A stretch of 64,000 bases of DNA, from contig DASRHE010000009.1 in NCBI GenBank assembly GCA_035650595.1, positions 86,831-150,830 of the forward strand, in the 5' to 3' direction. The stretch is from Terracidiphilus sp. GTDB lineage: Bacteria; Acidobacteriota; Terriglobia; Terriglobales; Acidobacteriaceae. Positions 1-8,684 of the stretch are shown here, piece after piece. The translations under genes were made by a program, and so were the position numbers. Numbering within the stretch: the stretch's first letter is position 1; every line of letters begins with the position of its first letter. The notes beneath the pieces were generated by a model, which saw only the letters and a program-made list of their open reading frames with translations, made no database searches and was not told the DNA's origin.

Positions 1-289
1 CTCCACGATTCTCCGACCGGGTTTCCCGGCACGCTATAATCGATGCAGTGCCAAGTTCCCGCCATTCCGTTCCCCCCACTGCGCACATCGCTCGCGCAGC
101 AGCGCGTGCCGCTGCGGCGGCGGCTTCGGCCGCCTAGACACGTTTCTCCTCATCGCGACATTCGGGTATCAGCATAGGAACCGATCAGGGGTTTCTGTTC
201 CCTACCGGGGTCCCCTGCGAACGATCTTGGTTCGTAGGGGTGGTTGAACCCTGTTGCCTGTTCTCTGTTTTCTTTACACTGGAGTCATC

Positions 290-1477
290 ATGAACGAGTT
301 TTCGCGCATTCAACGCCTGCCCCCTTATGTCTTCAACATCACCGGTGAGATGAAGGTGAGCGCCCGGCGGCGCGGCGAAGACATTATCGACTTCGGCATG
401 GGCAATCCTGACGGCGCCACGCCCAAGCACATTGTGGACAAGATGATTGAAGCGGCGCTCAAGCCGGTCACGCACCGGTACTCTGTATCGAAGGGCCTGC
501 CGCGGCTGCGCAAGGCCATCTGCAACTGGTACAAGACGCGCTACAACGTCGATCTCGACTCCGAGTCCGAGGCCATCGTCACCATCGGCTCCAAAGAAGG
601 AATTGCGCACCTCTGCCTCGCCATCCTCGACTCGCATGATACCGTCATCGTTCCCAACCCCAGCTACCCGATCCACATCTACGGCCCGGTGATCGCCGGC
701 GCGCATGTGGTGAGTGTGCCGGTGCACGATCAGGGCCAGTTCCTAGCCGAGCTCGAACAGATCATCCCGCGCATGACTCCGCGTCCCAAAGCGCTCATCG
801 TCAACTTCCCTTCGAACCCGACGACGGAGTGTGTCGAGCTGCCCTTTCTTGCCCGGCTCGTCGAGATGGCCCGTGAGTACGGCTTCCATCTCATCCACGA
901 TCTCGCCTATGCCGACATCGCCTTCGACGGTTACAAGCCGCCGAGTGTGCTGGAAGTGCCGGGAGCGAAAGACGTCGCCGTCGAGTTTTTCACTCTGTCG
1001 AAGAGTTACAACATGCCCGGCTGGCGCATCGGCTTCATGGTCGGCAATCCCAAGCTGGTGGGCGCGCTGGCGCGGCTCAAGAGCTACTTCGACTACGGCA
1101 CCTTCACGCCCATCCAGGTAGCGGCTATCCACGCGCTCGAAGGACCGCAGGAGTGCGTGGGCCAAATCTGCGAGACCTACCGCAAGCGCCGCGATGTGCT
1201 CATCGAGGGCCTGAACAAGGCCGGCTGGCAGGTGGCCAGCCCCAAGGCCACGATGTTCGTGTGGGCGCGCATTCCCGAGGCCTACCGCGATCTCAAGTCG
1301 CTCGAGTTCTCCAAGCTGCTGCTGACCGATGCCAAGGTTGCTGTCTCTCCGGGTATCGGCTTCGGCGACTACGGCGATGGCCACGTCCGCTTTGCGCTGA
1401 TCGAGAACGAAGAGCGGACCCGGCAGGCCCTGCGCGGCATCCGGCAGATGCTGGCAAAAGGCGTGGTGCACGCGTAG
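290..1477 (+). CDS. alaC: PLP-dependent class I/II aminotransferase, AlaC-type (glutamate-pyruvate aminotransferase)
   Basis: The N-terminus MNEFSRIQRLPPYVFNITGEMKVSARRRGEDIIDFGMGNPDGATP is nearly collinear with E. coli AlaC as I recall it. SKxxxMxGWR Lys-PLP region present (LSKSYNMPGWRIG). ATG at 290 is preceded by GGAG at 282-285. The track ORF starts upstream at 254 on an alternative codon. Confidence 0.85.
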   Translation: MNEFSRIQRLPPYVFNITGEMKVSARRRGEDIIDFGMGNPDGATPKHIVDKMIEAALKPVTHRYSVSKGLPRLRKAICNWYKTRYNVDLDSESEAIVTIGSKEGIAHLCLAILDSHDTVIVPNPSYPIHIYGPVIAGAHVVSVPVHDQGQFLAELEQIIPRMTPRPKALIVNFPSNPTTECVELPFLARLVEMAREYGFHLIHDLAYADIAFDGYKPPSVLEVPGAKDVAVEFFTLSKSYNMPGWRIGFMVGNPKLVGALARLKSYFDYGTFTPIQVAAIHALEGPQECVGQICETYRKRRDVLIEGLNKAGWQVASPKATMFVWARIPEAYRDLKSLEFSKLLLTDAKVAVSPGIGFGDYGDGHVRFALIENEERTRQALRGIRQMLAKGVVHA

Positions 1478-1604
1478 ATACTGCGCGACCTCGAATTTCA
1501 CTGCGTGAGTTCGTGCTTTCCCGGGTCTCTGACCACCCCAGCGACGAGGACCTATCGCAGGACGGTGCGAGACCTTGGGCACACAGCTGTCACTTTCTGC
1601 ACGG

Positions 1605-3260
1605 TCAGTTATCGCCGTTAATCTCAGGAAAATTGGGCGGCTTAGGCGGAGTCACGCCCGTTTGCTGGCTGCACTTCTGATATTCATGACCCTGGAGGCA
1701 AAAACGGTTTTCAGTCCAAGTGTCTTTTTTGCCGCCTTTGCCATTATCTACATACTCGATCTGCTCTTCGTAAAGCGAAACATGCGACCAATCGGGTGCA
1801 ATCGCAAGGTCTCCACCGCTGGGTGAGTTATCGAAACCGCGGAACTCTTCATCGATCTGGAGCACGTTAGTAATTTCACCTGAGGGTGAGAGCGCATAGA
1901 TGTTAAAACCGAGCACTGGGCCGGCCCCGCATTGACCAGAGCCGAAGGGGTTTTGCGCACTCATGTCCGGGCCCGTGCGGATCAGGGTCCAGCCGTCCGC
2001 GAGCTGTTTCGTCTGAAAATATTTGCTGTCAACTATAAATTTTGTGGCCTTGAGGGCGGGGCCTTTGCGGTAAGCGAGGTACGGACCACAGATGTAGGCG
2101 CCATCCGGGAGTTGCTTCCAGAAAGATCTGTCAGTGGCGACGATGGGCGAAACGCCACTAGGAGTGTACATATATCCACCGGCTGGATTCTCGATGTCAT
2201 ACACGGTGTCAAGATAGAGCGGTCCCGCACCGGCCAGCGGAAAGTACCAGGCGGGAATGTCTTCACCCTCCAGATCGTGCTGCACCAGCGAAGCCTTGCA
2301 GGGAGTGATGGTGTGGACGCGCGGAGAATCTAGGCGCAAATGATTGAAGCTCGAAGAGCGGCCCCAAACACGATGCGGCGCAGTGGTGGAAAGAGCCCCC
2401 ATCTTCCTGCCTTCAGGCGCAGCAGCAAAAACATCGACCATCAGCCACAGGTCGCGGAGATCGAGCTGCTGCGTAGGCGGAAAGGCTGAATAAGGAATGA
2501 AAAAGTGGAACGTGTAACCAGTCTCAATAGACTGAGTCCTCGGATTGTCCGCTGCGTCACGGCCGACGGTCTCCTGCCTGTATTGGTCCTGGAAGAAGGA
2601 CCGCGTGCCGTCATTTTCTTTGGGCGCGAGTACTTCCGGTAGTTCGTTCGCAAAGTAGCCGGCCTTCAGGCTGGTGTAGGCGGTGGTAGCGAAATCTTCA
2701 AAGGAGTGGCCCTGGTTACCCACAGCCACTCCGGCCATTAGCCATTGCCGAACAAAGAGATGTTCCAGTTGCTTGCGGTAAGCGAGTTGTTGGTTATACC
2801 AGTTCACGCAATTCTTTCCGCTAAAGTTAGCCGAGCCGAAGTCATCGCTTAGCTGGGAACAGTCAGCAGCGGAGGCCAGCGTCTGCGTGCCGAACTGACT
2901 GCCCCAACCGACAGGCGGCAGAGATACGGTATTTGCAGCGGCAAGCCAGATCTCGACATGATCACCAGCCAGCATGTCCGACTTTTCGCGCGGCCAGTGT
3001 AGATCGTTGTCTGACGTATGTACGAGGACCGTGACACTGAGTCCCTTATCGCCGTAGCCGATCCAGACGCTGCCGGGATGCGCACCATCCCCTTGCGGAA
3101 TGAGTTGCATCGTGGCCTGAGTCGCGGGCACGACCGCATCGTAGAACCTGTCGGCAGCGTCGTCCTTGTGAACAGGAACAATGCCGCCGCTCTGCGCGCG
3201 TAGAAGAGACACAGCAACCAGAATGAGACATGGCAAGATTGAACGAGAAGGTATTCGCAT
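1605..3260 (-). CDS. hypothetical secreted protein (~550 aa), no family recognised
   Basis: Long ORF. The internal ATG at 3260 is preceded by AAGGAG and gives the signal-peptide-like N-terminus MRIPSRSILPCLILVAVSLLRAQS. No diagnostic catalytic motif seen. Confidence 0.6.
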   Translation of the reverse strand: MRIPSRSILPCLILVAVSLLRAQSGGIVPVHKDDAADRFYDAVVPATQATMQLIPQGDGAHPGSVWIGYGDKGLSVTVLVHTSDNDLHWPREKSDMLAGDHVEIWLAAANTVSLPPVGWGSQFGTQTLASAADCSQLSDDFGSANFSGKNCVNWYNQQLAYRKQLEHLFVRQWLMAGVAVGNQGHSFEDFATTAYTSLKAGYFANELPEVLAPKENDGTRSFFQDQYRQETVGRDAADNPRTQSIETGYTFHFFIPYSAFPPTQQLDLRDLWLMVDVFAAAPEGRKMGALSTTAPHRVWGRSSSFNHLRLDSPRVHTITPCKASLVQHDLEGEDIPAWYFPLAGAGPLYLDTVYDIENPAGGYMYTPSGVSPIVATDRSFWKQLPDGAYICGPYLAYRKGPALKATKFIVDSKYFQTKQLADGWTLIRTGPDMSAQNPFGSGQCGAGPVLGFNIYALSPSGEITNVLQIDEEFRGFDNSPSGGDLAIAPDWSHVSLYEEQIEYVDNGKGGKKDTWTENRFCLQGHEYQKCSQQTGVTPPKPPNFPEINGDN

Positions 3261-3623
3261 AACGCTCCTTGCGGATGCTTCGATAAAGATGCGGCGGTGA
3301 TGCAATCATCTCGTATCGCCGCCAGCCTTGTCAGGAGCAAGCGAATCTCCAGAAGCCATCCATAGAAAATAAATGGATTATGCCGCGGTTTGCTGCATCC
3401 TCGCGTGTCAACGATGGCACAGTGTGGAAACAGAGACACGCTACTTGAACCGGATGATGACGCAACCACAAAATCGCAGCTTTCCCATTTCCGAGCACGC
3501 ACAAGCATTGACTGAGTTCAATCTAGGCCCGATCGCGGTATGATCGATGCAAACTTCGGTCAACCAAAAACTGTGGGAAGGCGGCGACCGCCGCTTTCCA
3601 AAACTTTTTAAAGGATGGGCTCC

Positions 3624-4094
3624 ATGAAAGGAAATCCGAAGGTCATCGAACATTTGAACCAGGCATTGCGGGACGAGTTGACGGCCATCAACCAGTACTT
3701 TCTGCATGCAGAAATGTCGGAAAACTGGGGCTACAAAAAGTATTCGAAGTACATCAAGAAGCAGTCCATCGATGAGATGAAGCATGCCGAACTGCTGATG
3801 GAACGGATTCTCTTTCTGGATGGAACTCCGACAATGCAGCCTTTGGATCTGGCCATCGGCAAGTCGGTCAAGGACATGATCGAGTCGGACCTGAAGCTGG
3901 AGCACGAAGCGGTGGCCTCGTACAACGAGTCGATCAAGGTATGCGTGGAGAATGCGGACAACGGCTCGCGCGACCTTTTCGTGAAGCTGCTGCGAGACGA
4001 AGAGGGTCACGTCGACTGGCTCGAGGCGCAGGTCCACCAGATTCACGAGATCGGCTACGAGCGCTACCTGATTACCCAGACAGAAGAAGATTGA
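3624..4094 (+). CDS. bfr: bacterioferritin
   Basis: MKGNPKVIEHLNQALRDELTAINQYFLHAEM...DEMKHAELLMERILFLDG...LRDEEGHVDWLE is collinear with E. coli Bfr, including the heme-ligand Met in DEMKHA and the di-iron ExxH motifs. AAGGA lies 9 nt upstream of the ATG at 3624. Confidence 0.9.
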   Translation: MKGNPKVIEHLNQALRDELTAINQYFLHAEMSENWGYKKYSKYIKKQSIDEMKHAELLMERILFLDGTPTMQPLDLAIGKSVKDMIESDLKLEHEAVASYNESIKVCVENADNGSRDLFVKLLRDEEGHVDWLEAQVHQIHEIGYERYLITQTEED

Positions 4095-4103
4095 GCGCGC
4101 GGC

Positions 4104-4409
4104 CTACCTTCTCTGGATTTCGAGGTCGATGGGGGCGGGCGGCGGCTCGGCCGGCGAATTGATGCTGCCGCAGCTGGGATGGAGAACGAACCGCACGACA
4201 CCCTTGTCGTCCTCGAAGGCGAGGCCGTAGTCCGATCCGCCCTTGAACTCGCCCCAGGTCTTCGGAACGGCCATCACGCAGTTCGTAATGCCGGTGAAGC
4301 GCTCCTGCGCCTGTACTTTCATTTCTGGAGCGCTCATGCGGCCGACCACACCGCCGACCGCTCCTGCTAAAAGAAATATTCCGACCGCACCGAATTTAGC
4401 CCGTAACAT
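4104..4409 (-). CDS. small hypothetical membrane-anchored/secreted protein
   Basis: ORF with a hydrophobic N-terminal segment (MLRAKFGAVGIFLLAGAVGGVVG). No clear SD, so the start is uncertain (the track ORF extends to 4496 on TTG). Confidence 0.4.
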   Translation of the reverse strand: MLRAKFGAVGIFLLAGAVGGVVGRMSAPEMKVQAQERFTGITNCVMAVPKTWGEFKGGSDYGLAFEDDKGVVRFVLHPSCGSINSPAEPPPAPIDLEIQRR

Positions 4410-4848
4410 GGCCCGCAACGATTGCACGCTGACTCTCCTCAAGAAAAATGCTGACAAACCTATAGAGAGACGCAGGCCGGGCGAAGATTGCTCCAAAATT
4501 TGCTGATCGGAGTGAACGATCCGGCGTAGCGCGTGAAAAGGCTGTCGCAGATGTTGTGCATCTCGTGCAGGCCGAGATCGCCAAAAAGCGCCCCCTCACC
4601 TTCGCCACACTGAATCCGCAAGCTGCGAAATATGCGCCTACAAAGCGCTTTCTATCTTGATTTTGGTGATCTTACTCACTAACTCTTTACTTATTCGAGT
4701 AAGTTGCACCAATCCTGGTGATATCCACAAATTAATTCGTTTTTTACACTTGCATCCACAGATTGAACGGACGTACTGTCTCATTCAACTGATGACCCAG
4801 TAGGGAATCGGAATTGATGACCGGATCGGTTGGAAGATCAGGCATTTC

Positions 4849-5708
4849 AGCGCAAGCTAAGTGCATGAAAGGCCAACCGGACCAGGAAGTGCAATCGAAG
4901 GCGAGAGCCTAAGAGGAGCTTCTTGGTTAAGCCAGAGACAACAGAGCCGGTGAAAGCCGGTGATGAATTGACTGGCACGCAGCGTCGGTGAGCAGGCGGT
5001 GAAAACCGAAGGTTCATGGCGAGCGCATCCGGGGGTGGTACGGACGGTGGAAGCTGGAAACCTCATCGACGGTTCAACCGGCGATGGCAGGTCTAGGTGA
5101 AACCGAAGGTCCATCGCAGGCCGGGCCAGGGGCGAGAGAGTCGGTGAAAGCCGGAAGGATCAAAGCTGGATGTACCGGAGAAAACTAAGAGCCGGCGTAA
5201 GTCGGAAGTTAGTTTTCCCGGACGTGTTGAACGATCAAGATTCCGTGAGAGTCGAAGTTAGTCAGGCAGTGGAGAAGGAAGATACGGCATTTAGCGTAAG
5301 CTGAAGGTTAGTGATCCAAAGAAACTGACTGATTAGGCCCGAGGCGAAAGTTGAGGGCCAGCCGCCAGCGAAGGTTGAAGACTGAGCAACCGGTGAAAGC
5401 CGGAAGCTCTTTGTCAGCCGGACCGAAGGACGCAGGCGCCGATGAAAGTCGGAAGGCCGAGCCGACGGAGTAGCTGGAAGATAGCGCATCTGGCGCGAGC
5501 TGGAGGTTCTATCGGAGGCAGTGTCGAGCGGTGCGGCTTAGAGCGCAAGCTGTAAGTTCCGCCAATGGGCATTGCTGGAGGGCCTAACTTCTGACGAGAA
5601 TCGGGGGTAGCTTCAGCGGCGTGCGCTGGAAGGCGCGGCAGACGGTGCAAGCCGCAGGCCGACGCGCCAGCCGGGCATAAGGTGATGCAGACGGCGTAAG
5701 CCCGAAGC
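4849..5708 (+). repeat. degenerate tandem array, period ~49-50 nt (locally ~25 nt), of hairpin + (G)AAG(G) units
   Basis: Hairpins at 4849-4858, 4899-4910, 4948-4959, 4997-5008, 5045-5056, 5096-5104, 5142-5153, 5193-5204, 5244-5254, 5292-5303, 5343-5352, 5366-5377, 5391-5402, 5440-5451, 5466-5476, 5491-5502, 5542-5551, 5591-5604, 5617-5628, 5643-5654 and 5693-5702. Typical unit: CGGU-GAAA-GCCG-GAAGG. Confidence 0.75.
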
Positions 5709-5767
5709 TCATCGCGAGCCTAGACGCAGAAGCAAGTCCGATTGACCTGCATGGTCACCACATCTTA

Positions 5768-5804
5768 GACGCCAGGAGCTTCGGTTCCTGGCGTCTTCGT
5801 TTTT
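5768..5804 (+). terminator. rho-independent terminator
   Basis: GACGCCAGGAGC-UUCG-GUUCCUGGCGUC (12 bp including one G.U pair, UUCG tetraloop) followed by UUCGUUUUU. There is no U-tract on the opposite strand. Confidence 0.85.
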
Positions 5805-6118
5805 ACGGCACTTTTTCTTTCTGACATGGTTCTTGATGGGATGTGCGGAATTGCCCTGTAAGCACATGGGCTTCGAGATGGACCGGAAGGAAAAGTGTTT
5901 GCGGGTGAATTGCGCGTCGCCCCTATGGGGCTGGATGGATTTTGAGGGAACTGCAAACCCAGGGTTCCGTCCGCCATGGCGTATTCACCCTGGGGCTGTT
6001 GTCGATGGCTCCCTATGGTGGAGCAGGCTTACTCTCTTCCACAACTCTCTACGTTCAGCCTCCCTCCAGGAGCAGCTGTTTGCGACGATGCCGACTCGAT
6101 CTGGTCCGTGAACTCGCA

Positions 6119-6556
6119 CTACTTCGACGCAGTGGAAGCAGCGGTGGTTCCAGCCTTCGAAAAGCTGCGGATATAGATCACGAGGTTCCACACGTCGTCG
6201 TCTTTGGCGCGGGCCGGATCCTCAGGTGGCATCTTGTCTTTGCCGGTGCGGATCATGTTGAAGAGCTCGCCATCCTGCTTGTCGGCAAGCGCCTTCGGAT
6301 CGGTCCAGTCATCGAGAGTGAGACTCATGCTGGTGGCGAGGTCTGTCTTGCCGTTGCCGTTGTCACCGTGGCAGACGGCGCAATCGATCTTGTAGAGATT
6401 TTTGGCCTTGGTCTGCGACTCCGCTGTGGGCTTGACGGGGTTCTTGGCGGACGCAGCTACGGCGGCGGGCGCCTGGCCCGGTGGCAGCGCGGCGAGAACG
6501 GCAGGCGCAAGTGTAAGGGGAATCCCTGCGAAAAGAAGCAGAATCGGCTTCAGCAT
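6119..6556 (-). CDS. c-type cytochrome (class I, monoheme), secreted
   Basis: Signal peptide MLKPILLLFAGIPLTLAPAVLAA. Heme-binding CAVCH, with a downstream Met (KDKMPPE) as the likely sixth ligand. Confidence 0.8.
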   Translation of the reverse strand: MLKPILLLFAGIPLTLAPAVLAALPPGQAPAAVAASAKNPVKPTAESQTKAKNLYKIDCAVCHGDNGNGKTDLATSMSLTLDDWTDPKALADKQDGELFNMIRTGKDKMPPEDPARAKDDDVWNLVIYIRSFSKAGTTAASTASK

Positions 6557-6834
6557 GTGAGCCTCCTTCTACGGATCCTTTGGAGCAGCGGATGTCAAAT
6601 TACAGGCATCGCGTTGTGCCAGATTTTTTCTGCCACGAATTATAGGCCGATTTTCCCGGAAATGGACGTGCGCCGCAACACAAGGGTGCCCGGAGCCGCA
6701 CTGGCTGGTTCATTGAAAGGGATGGAGGGAGCTATGGAGTCGATCCCGTGCTTCTGCAAAAAGCGCAGAAGGACGGGGCACGGAGCTCAACTCGCGGGAG
6801 GTTTTCTAATTATCGAGGCCTTCTCAACCGGTCT

Positions 6835-8502
6835 TTAGTGCATGGCTTCAGCGCCCGGTCCTTGGCCGGGGCGATTCTTGCTCAGCAGGAAGGCCAGAAG
6901 AATCAGGACGATCGACATCCAGGATAGTTCCATGTAGACATCCTGGTAACCCTGCATCTGCGCCTGCTGATTGAGCTGGTTGTAGAGTGAGGCCAACGCC
7001 ATGCCGCCGCCGTTAGGTCCGCCGAACTGGCCACCTAAAAAGCCGGAGAGCGCTTGCAGATGCTGCTGGTAGCCGATTGCGCCCGGAACCATGTCCTGCT
7101 GCAGGTGCTGCTGGTGCCACATGGCCCGGCTGGTCACCTGCGCGTTGGTAATGGCAATCAGGATACTGCCGCCGATATTGCGGACGAAGTTGATGAGACC
7201 CGCAACCTGGTTGCTCTCCTCTTTGGGCATGCCTACGTACGCTGCGTTCGTGATGGAGATGAAGCAGAAGGGCAGCGGCAACATCTGGACGACGCGCAGC
7301 CACGAGGCTTCGGCAAAGCTCATCTGCAGGTTGGTGACAGCCGCAGCGTAACGAAAACTGAGCGTGAAGAGGATGAATCCGCAGACGGTGAGCGTGCGGG
7401 CCGAGATCTTGCTGGTGGCAAAACCGGCAAGGGGCATCATAATGAGCAGGGCGACGCCGCCTGCCGTAAGCGCGAGGCCCGCCGTGGTGGCGTTGTAGCC
7501 GAGCAACTGCTGCGTGAACTGCGGCTGCAGCACGGTGTTGGCGTTGAGCACGCCGCCCACGAGCATCATCAGAAAACAACAGATGGCGAAGTTCTTGAAC
7601 CGGAAGAGCCGTAGATTGATGAGCGGGTTTTTGATGTTCCACTCGCGCACAACCAGGCCCACCATGCCGAAGATGAACATGAAAGCGAAAAAGCGAATGA
7701 AGTTGGAGGCGAACCAGTCGTTTTCCTCGCCCTTGTCGAGCATGATCTGCAGGCCGCCCATGGCCAGAGTCAGGAAGGCGAGGCCAAGATAATCCATGTT
7801 GCGCAGGCGCGAGCGGTCGGGCTTGATCCACGGTGGATCTTCGACCAGACGAGTCACGAGGAAGAAGGCAAGAATGCCGACCGGAATATTGATGAAGAAG
7901 ATCCAGCGCCAGGAGAAGTTGTCGGTGATCCAGCCGCCGAGCGTGGGACCAATCGAGGGAGCGAGCACGGCGACCAGTCCATAGAGCGCGAAGGCCTGGC
8001 CGCGCTGATGCGGCTCAAAAGAGTCGGCCATAATGGCCTGGGCCATCGGCTGCATGCCGCCGCCGCCCGCTCCCTGGATGACGCGAAAGAGCAGCAGCAT
8101 GGGCAGCGTGGGCGCGGCGCCGCAAAGGAAGCTGGCAATGGTGAAGACGGTAATGCAAAAGACGAAGAAGTTGCGGCGGCCCATCAGGCTCGAAGCCCAG
8201 CCGCCCAGCGGCAGAACGATGGCGTTCGAGACCAGATAGCTGGTGAGCACCCACGTGCTCTGGTCGGTGCTGGCGCCCAGTGTGCCCGCGATGTGGGGCA
8301 GAGCCACGTTGGCGATGGAGGTGTCAAGCACCTCCATGAAAGCCGCCAGAGCCACCGTCATGGCAATCAGCCAGGGATTGACGCGCGGCTTCCAGCGCAC
8401 GCTCTCCGACGCATTGGGATTTTCCATATGCGCAGGCCTCTGCGGCGCTGGCTTGCCGGAGATGCCAACCGGGGCGGGCAATGCAGATGCGTTGTCGGAC
8501 AA
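6835..8502 (-). CDS. MFS transporter, DHA2 (EmrB/QacA) drug:H+ antiporter family, 14-TMS type
   Basis: LIAMTVALAAFMEVLDTSIANVALPHIAG...QGAGGGGMQP... are hallmarks of EmrB/QacA-type MFS. The TTG start at 8502 has GGGAGAAG upstream. No adjacent HlyD or TolC partner. Confidence 0.85.
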   Translation of the reverse strand: MSDNASALPAPVGISGKPAPQRPAHMENPNASESVRWKPRVNPWLIAMTVALAAFMEVLDTSIANVALPHIAGTLGASTDQSTWVLTSYLVSNAIVLPLGGWASSLMGRRNFFVFCITVFTIASFLCGAAPTLPMLLLFRVIQGAGGGGMQPMAQAIMADSFEPHQRGQAFALYGLVAVLAPSIGPTLGGWITDNFSWRWIFFINIPVGILAFFLVTRLVEDPPWIKPDRSRLRNMDYLGLAFLTLAMGGLQIMLDKGEENDWFASNFIRFFAFMFIFGMVGLVVREWNIKNPLINLRLFRFKNFAICCFLMMLVGGVLNANTVLQPQFTQQLLGYNATTAGLALTAGGVALLIMMPLAGFATSKISARTLTVCGFILFTLSFRYAAAVTNLQMSFAEASWLRVVQMLPLPFCFISITNAAYVGMPKEESNQVAGLINFVRNIGGSILIAITNAQVTSRAMWHQQHLQQDMVPGAIGYQQHLQALSGFLGGQFGGPNGGGMALASLYNQLNQQAQMQGYQDVYMELSWMSIVLILLAFLLSKNRPGQGPGAEAMH

Positions 8503-8584
8503 ACGTCTTCTCCCTTGGCTTTAAAAAATCTTTTCTTGGAATAACCGGGGAATACGGCACTGCGGCGCCGCATCGGCATCGGGC

Positions 8585-8607
8585 AAAAACTACGCTGTTC
8601 GGCGTAG
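8585..8607 (-). terminator. possible intrinsic terminator (minus strand)
   Basis: On the minus strand: CUACGC-CGAACA-GCGUAG followed by UUUUUGCCC. Confidence 0.4.
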
Positions 8608-8684
8608 CTGACCCGCTTCTCAATAGATTCACTTACCTGGAGCTGCGGTGCAAGGATTGGCGGTCTGGAAATGCGAAGGTGAAG

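Larger units (their letters stand above)
4785..5804 (+). ncRNA. candidate large repetitive structured ncRNA (tandem GNRA-hairpin/GAAG units); family unknown
   Basis: No + strand ORF of 60 aa or more between 4506 and 5833. About 20 short hairpins, mostly with strict GNRA tetraloops, sit at ~50-nt spacing on the + strand only. Stems differ between copies by compensatory changes. The locus ends at a 12-bp-stem/UUCG-loop/U-tract terminator (5768-5804) and is preceded by an AT-rich segment carrying TTGCAT-18-TACTGT (4750-4779). The 5' end is approximate. Confidence 0.6.

Noticed and set aside
119-134. GGCGGC-UUCG-GCCGCC hairpin and TATAAT box (35-40) in the first 250 nt, as terminator or promoter of flanking genes
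   Set aside because: The hairpin lacks a U-tract. The TATAAT has only a poor -35 (TCCGAC) and lies ~250 nt from alaC. The window edge prevents interpretation.
3580-3610. Hairpin GGCGG-CGA-CCGCC plus a U-rich tail just upstream of bfr, as a possible attenuator or riboswitch
   Set aside because: The stem is only 5 bp with a triloop. I see no alternative structure or conserved riboswitch core, and no upstream + strand gene that it would terminate.
4803-4817. GGGAATCGGAATTGA at the 5' edge of the RNA locus resembling a LacI-operator half-site
   Set aside because: Only the left half (GGAATCG) matches. There is no palindromic right half, so it is probably chance.
4857-5650. Short minus-strand ORFs (4857-5114, 5262-5489, 5414-5650) inside the repeat region as possible protein genes
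   Set aside because: They overlap each other in different frames, and their products are Pro/Ser/Arg-rich with no motif and no SD or start context. The strand-specific GNRA hairpins and the + strand terminator explain the region better as RNA.
4849-5708. CRISPR array interpretation of the ~50-nt periodic repeats
   Set aside because: The repeats are only ~12-16 nt and degenerate rather than near-identical 28-37-nt direct repeats. The spacers contain half-step copies of the same motif. No cas genes or leader are nearby.
4849-5708. CsrB/RsmZ-type CsrA sponge
   Set aside because: GGA occurs in only a subset of units (CGGAAG, CUGGAAG). Where present it straddles the 3' side of the stem rather than sitting in the hairpin loop. 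The conserved loop is GNRA, not ANGGA. It is kept only as a remote alternative, with some other RNA-binding protein being titrated.
6751-6772. Hairpin CTTCTGC-AAAAAGC-GCAGAAG between emrB and the cytochrome c gene as a terminator
   Set aside because: The T/A run lies inside the loop rather than after the stem on either strand, so it does not fit an intrinsic terminator.
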